Shown here: positions 54,860 through 64,000 of the stretch, piece after piece
How positions within the stretch are numbered: the first letter of the stretch is position 1
How the letters are laid out: every line of letters begins with the position of its first letter
DNA from: the human T2T-CHM13v2.0 reference genome, Homo sapiens
Strand: one strand, 5' to 3'
NCBI RefSeq assembly: GCF_009914755.1
Contig: NC_060938.1
Length of the DNA stretch: 64,000 bases
Made by a program: the position numbers and the translations under genes
The notes under the pieces: model-generated
What the model was told of the DNA's origin: nothing
Databases searched by the model: none
What the model saw: the letters and a program-made list of their open reading frames with translations, nothing else

Positions 54860-54936
54860 CCCATTTTCAGTACGTTTTTCTCCAGGTACATTTATTACAT
54901 TTCTCTGAGTTCGTTGCTCTTGGGTCTGACGGCCAC
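54860..54936 (-). CDS. PPP1R13B: PPP1R13B exon 4 ([25 protein letters not shown])
   Basis: ctttag|GT ... GGG|gtaagt; 77 nt. Confidence 0.93.
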
Positions 54937-55120
54937 CTAAAGAAATAAAAGAACCAAACTCACCAAAAGGCGTATTAGAAAAAAGTAATATTCTCCCATT
55001 TCTTCATGTATTCAAATATTTATTGAACACAAGTGTAAAATACCAGGCTGAGAAATTCAAGACTTTAGTACAGTTGAAAAAATGGTCTTACAATTAATCT
55101 TTTATATATAAAGTTGTTCA

Positions 55121-56955
<1,835 letters not shown>

Positions 56956-57744
56956 ATTAGTAAGTTGAAGGGAGAAGTTTAGTGAGCAAAAGCAAAACAA
57001 AACATGAGACAGCACCCAATAAGCTACTCTCTATGCCACCCTTTTAGGCAAAGGTAAAGGGGCAGAGGGTAGAGTGTTACAGGTGGGGAAGATGGAATTC
57101 TGAGTCGGGGCATGAAAGAGAGAGTGAATGTACAGCTCCTGGGCTCATGCAATCCTCTCACCTCAGCCTCCCAAAGTGCTGGGATTACAGGCATGAGCCA
57201 CCATACTCAGCCCGTTTCCAAACTTTATAAAGTGAGAAAAAAATAACCACTCTCCTCAGGACATTAAGGATTATGTACATATTAATAAGTAAAAGGCAAG
57301 ACTTTTTATTTAAGTATAGATAAGTGAGGGAGGGTATAGGTGTCTGAAGAACTCAGGTAGAGAGTTAAAATAAATCCTTAGCACTAAAGCAGCACTTCAA
57401 CTGTCAGCCAGTCTAATCCTCCTCTTCAGGTGGATGTTCCCAGAGAGGACGGACCCTGGTCTAAGGTAAAAGTAGATGAAGAGTTGAGCCCGGAGCCTTG
57501 GTGTCCTGGCTCCAGATGTAATGGTGTATTCTAAAAGACAGCCTTATGCTACGGAAAGATGATTTTAAAGTAGATAGTAGCTCATTCAAGGGCAAATTTT
57601 CCTTTACTATAAAATACAGATAAAGGGGATAACTTGCAATAAAGAAGTATTATTTTTACAAAGGATTGTCCTTTTATTTGCTTGAGTTCATTTTTTTAAA
57701 TATTAGAAGTAATCCATAATCACTGTTAATTAACAAGTTAAAGG

Positions 57745-61012
<3,268 letters not shown>

Positions 61013-61319
61013 CTAGGAAAAAGACCACATCTTTTTCACTCCAGAATTAAAATGACTCCAACCAAAAGTAAATTTTGTAAAAAACTTAAATGAATGTATA
61101 TATGCACACATGTATGTCTACATGTTACAATTCAAAGATATTACAAGCACTGAATTTCAACATTACTGAGTAAAAGCAAGAATATGAATGGGAAATAATT
61201 TAGGCAACAGATAAACACAAAAAGTATCCACGAAAGCAATTTTGCAACATTAAATAGGGAACACTGAAACATGCCTTTTACAAAACTTATTTATCACAAA
61301 GCACTGTGTCTCCCATTCA

Positions 61320-64000
<2,681 letters not shown>

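Overview
Human (or near-identical great-ape) genomic DNA, recognisable as 14q32.33, with two convergent protein-coding genes. On the + strand are coding exons 2-7 of ZFYVE21 (FYVE zinc finger), including a 54-nt in-frame cassette exon, with the stop at 9086. On the - strand are exons 3-17 of PPP1R13B (ASPP1: coiled coil, proline-rich region, RVRF PP1-docking motif, ankyrin repeats, SH3), with the stop at 11221. All 15 PPP1R13B exon phases chain consistently into the ASPP1 sequence as I recall it. The two 3' ends meet tail-to-tail near 9.7-9.85 kb. The first ~23 kb is GC-rich and the remainder is AT-rich intron densely filled with Alu, L1, LTR and DNA-transposon remnants. Most ORFs in the supplied track are Alu-derived or chance ORFs. 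The strongest unexpected signal is a ~2.64 kb retrocopy (38707-41349) in PPP1R13B intron 4, antisense to the host. It has a 5'UTR, the spliced N-terminal exons of PPP2R5C (PP2A B56-gamma), an alternative terminal exon in place of the B56 core, AATAAA, an oligo-A remnant and a 15-bp TSD, so it reads as a fossil of a truncated, intronically polyadenylated PPP2R5C isoform. Other points of interest: a GC 5' splice site with two competing GT donors and a hairpin, overlapping convergent poly(A) signals, a templated-insertion scar, and a 14-unit GGAA microsatellite. Gene identities and exon numbering come from my recall of the protein sequences, not from a database search. Repeat boundaries are approximate.
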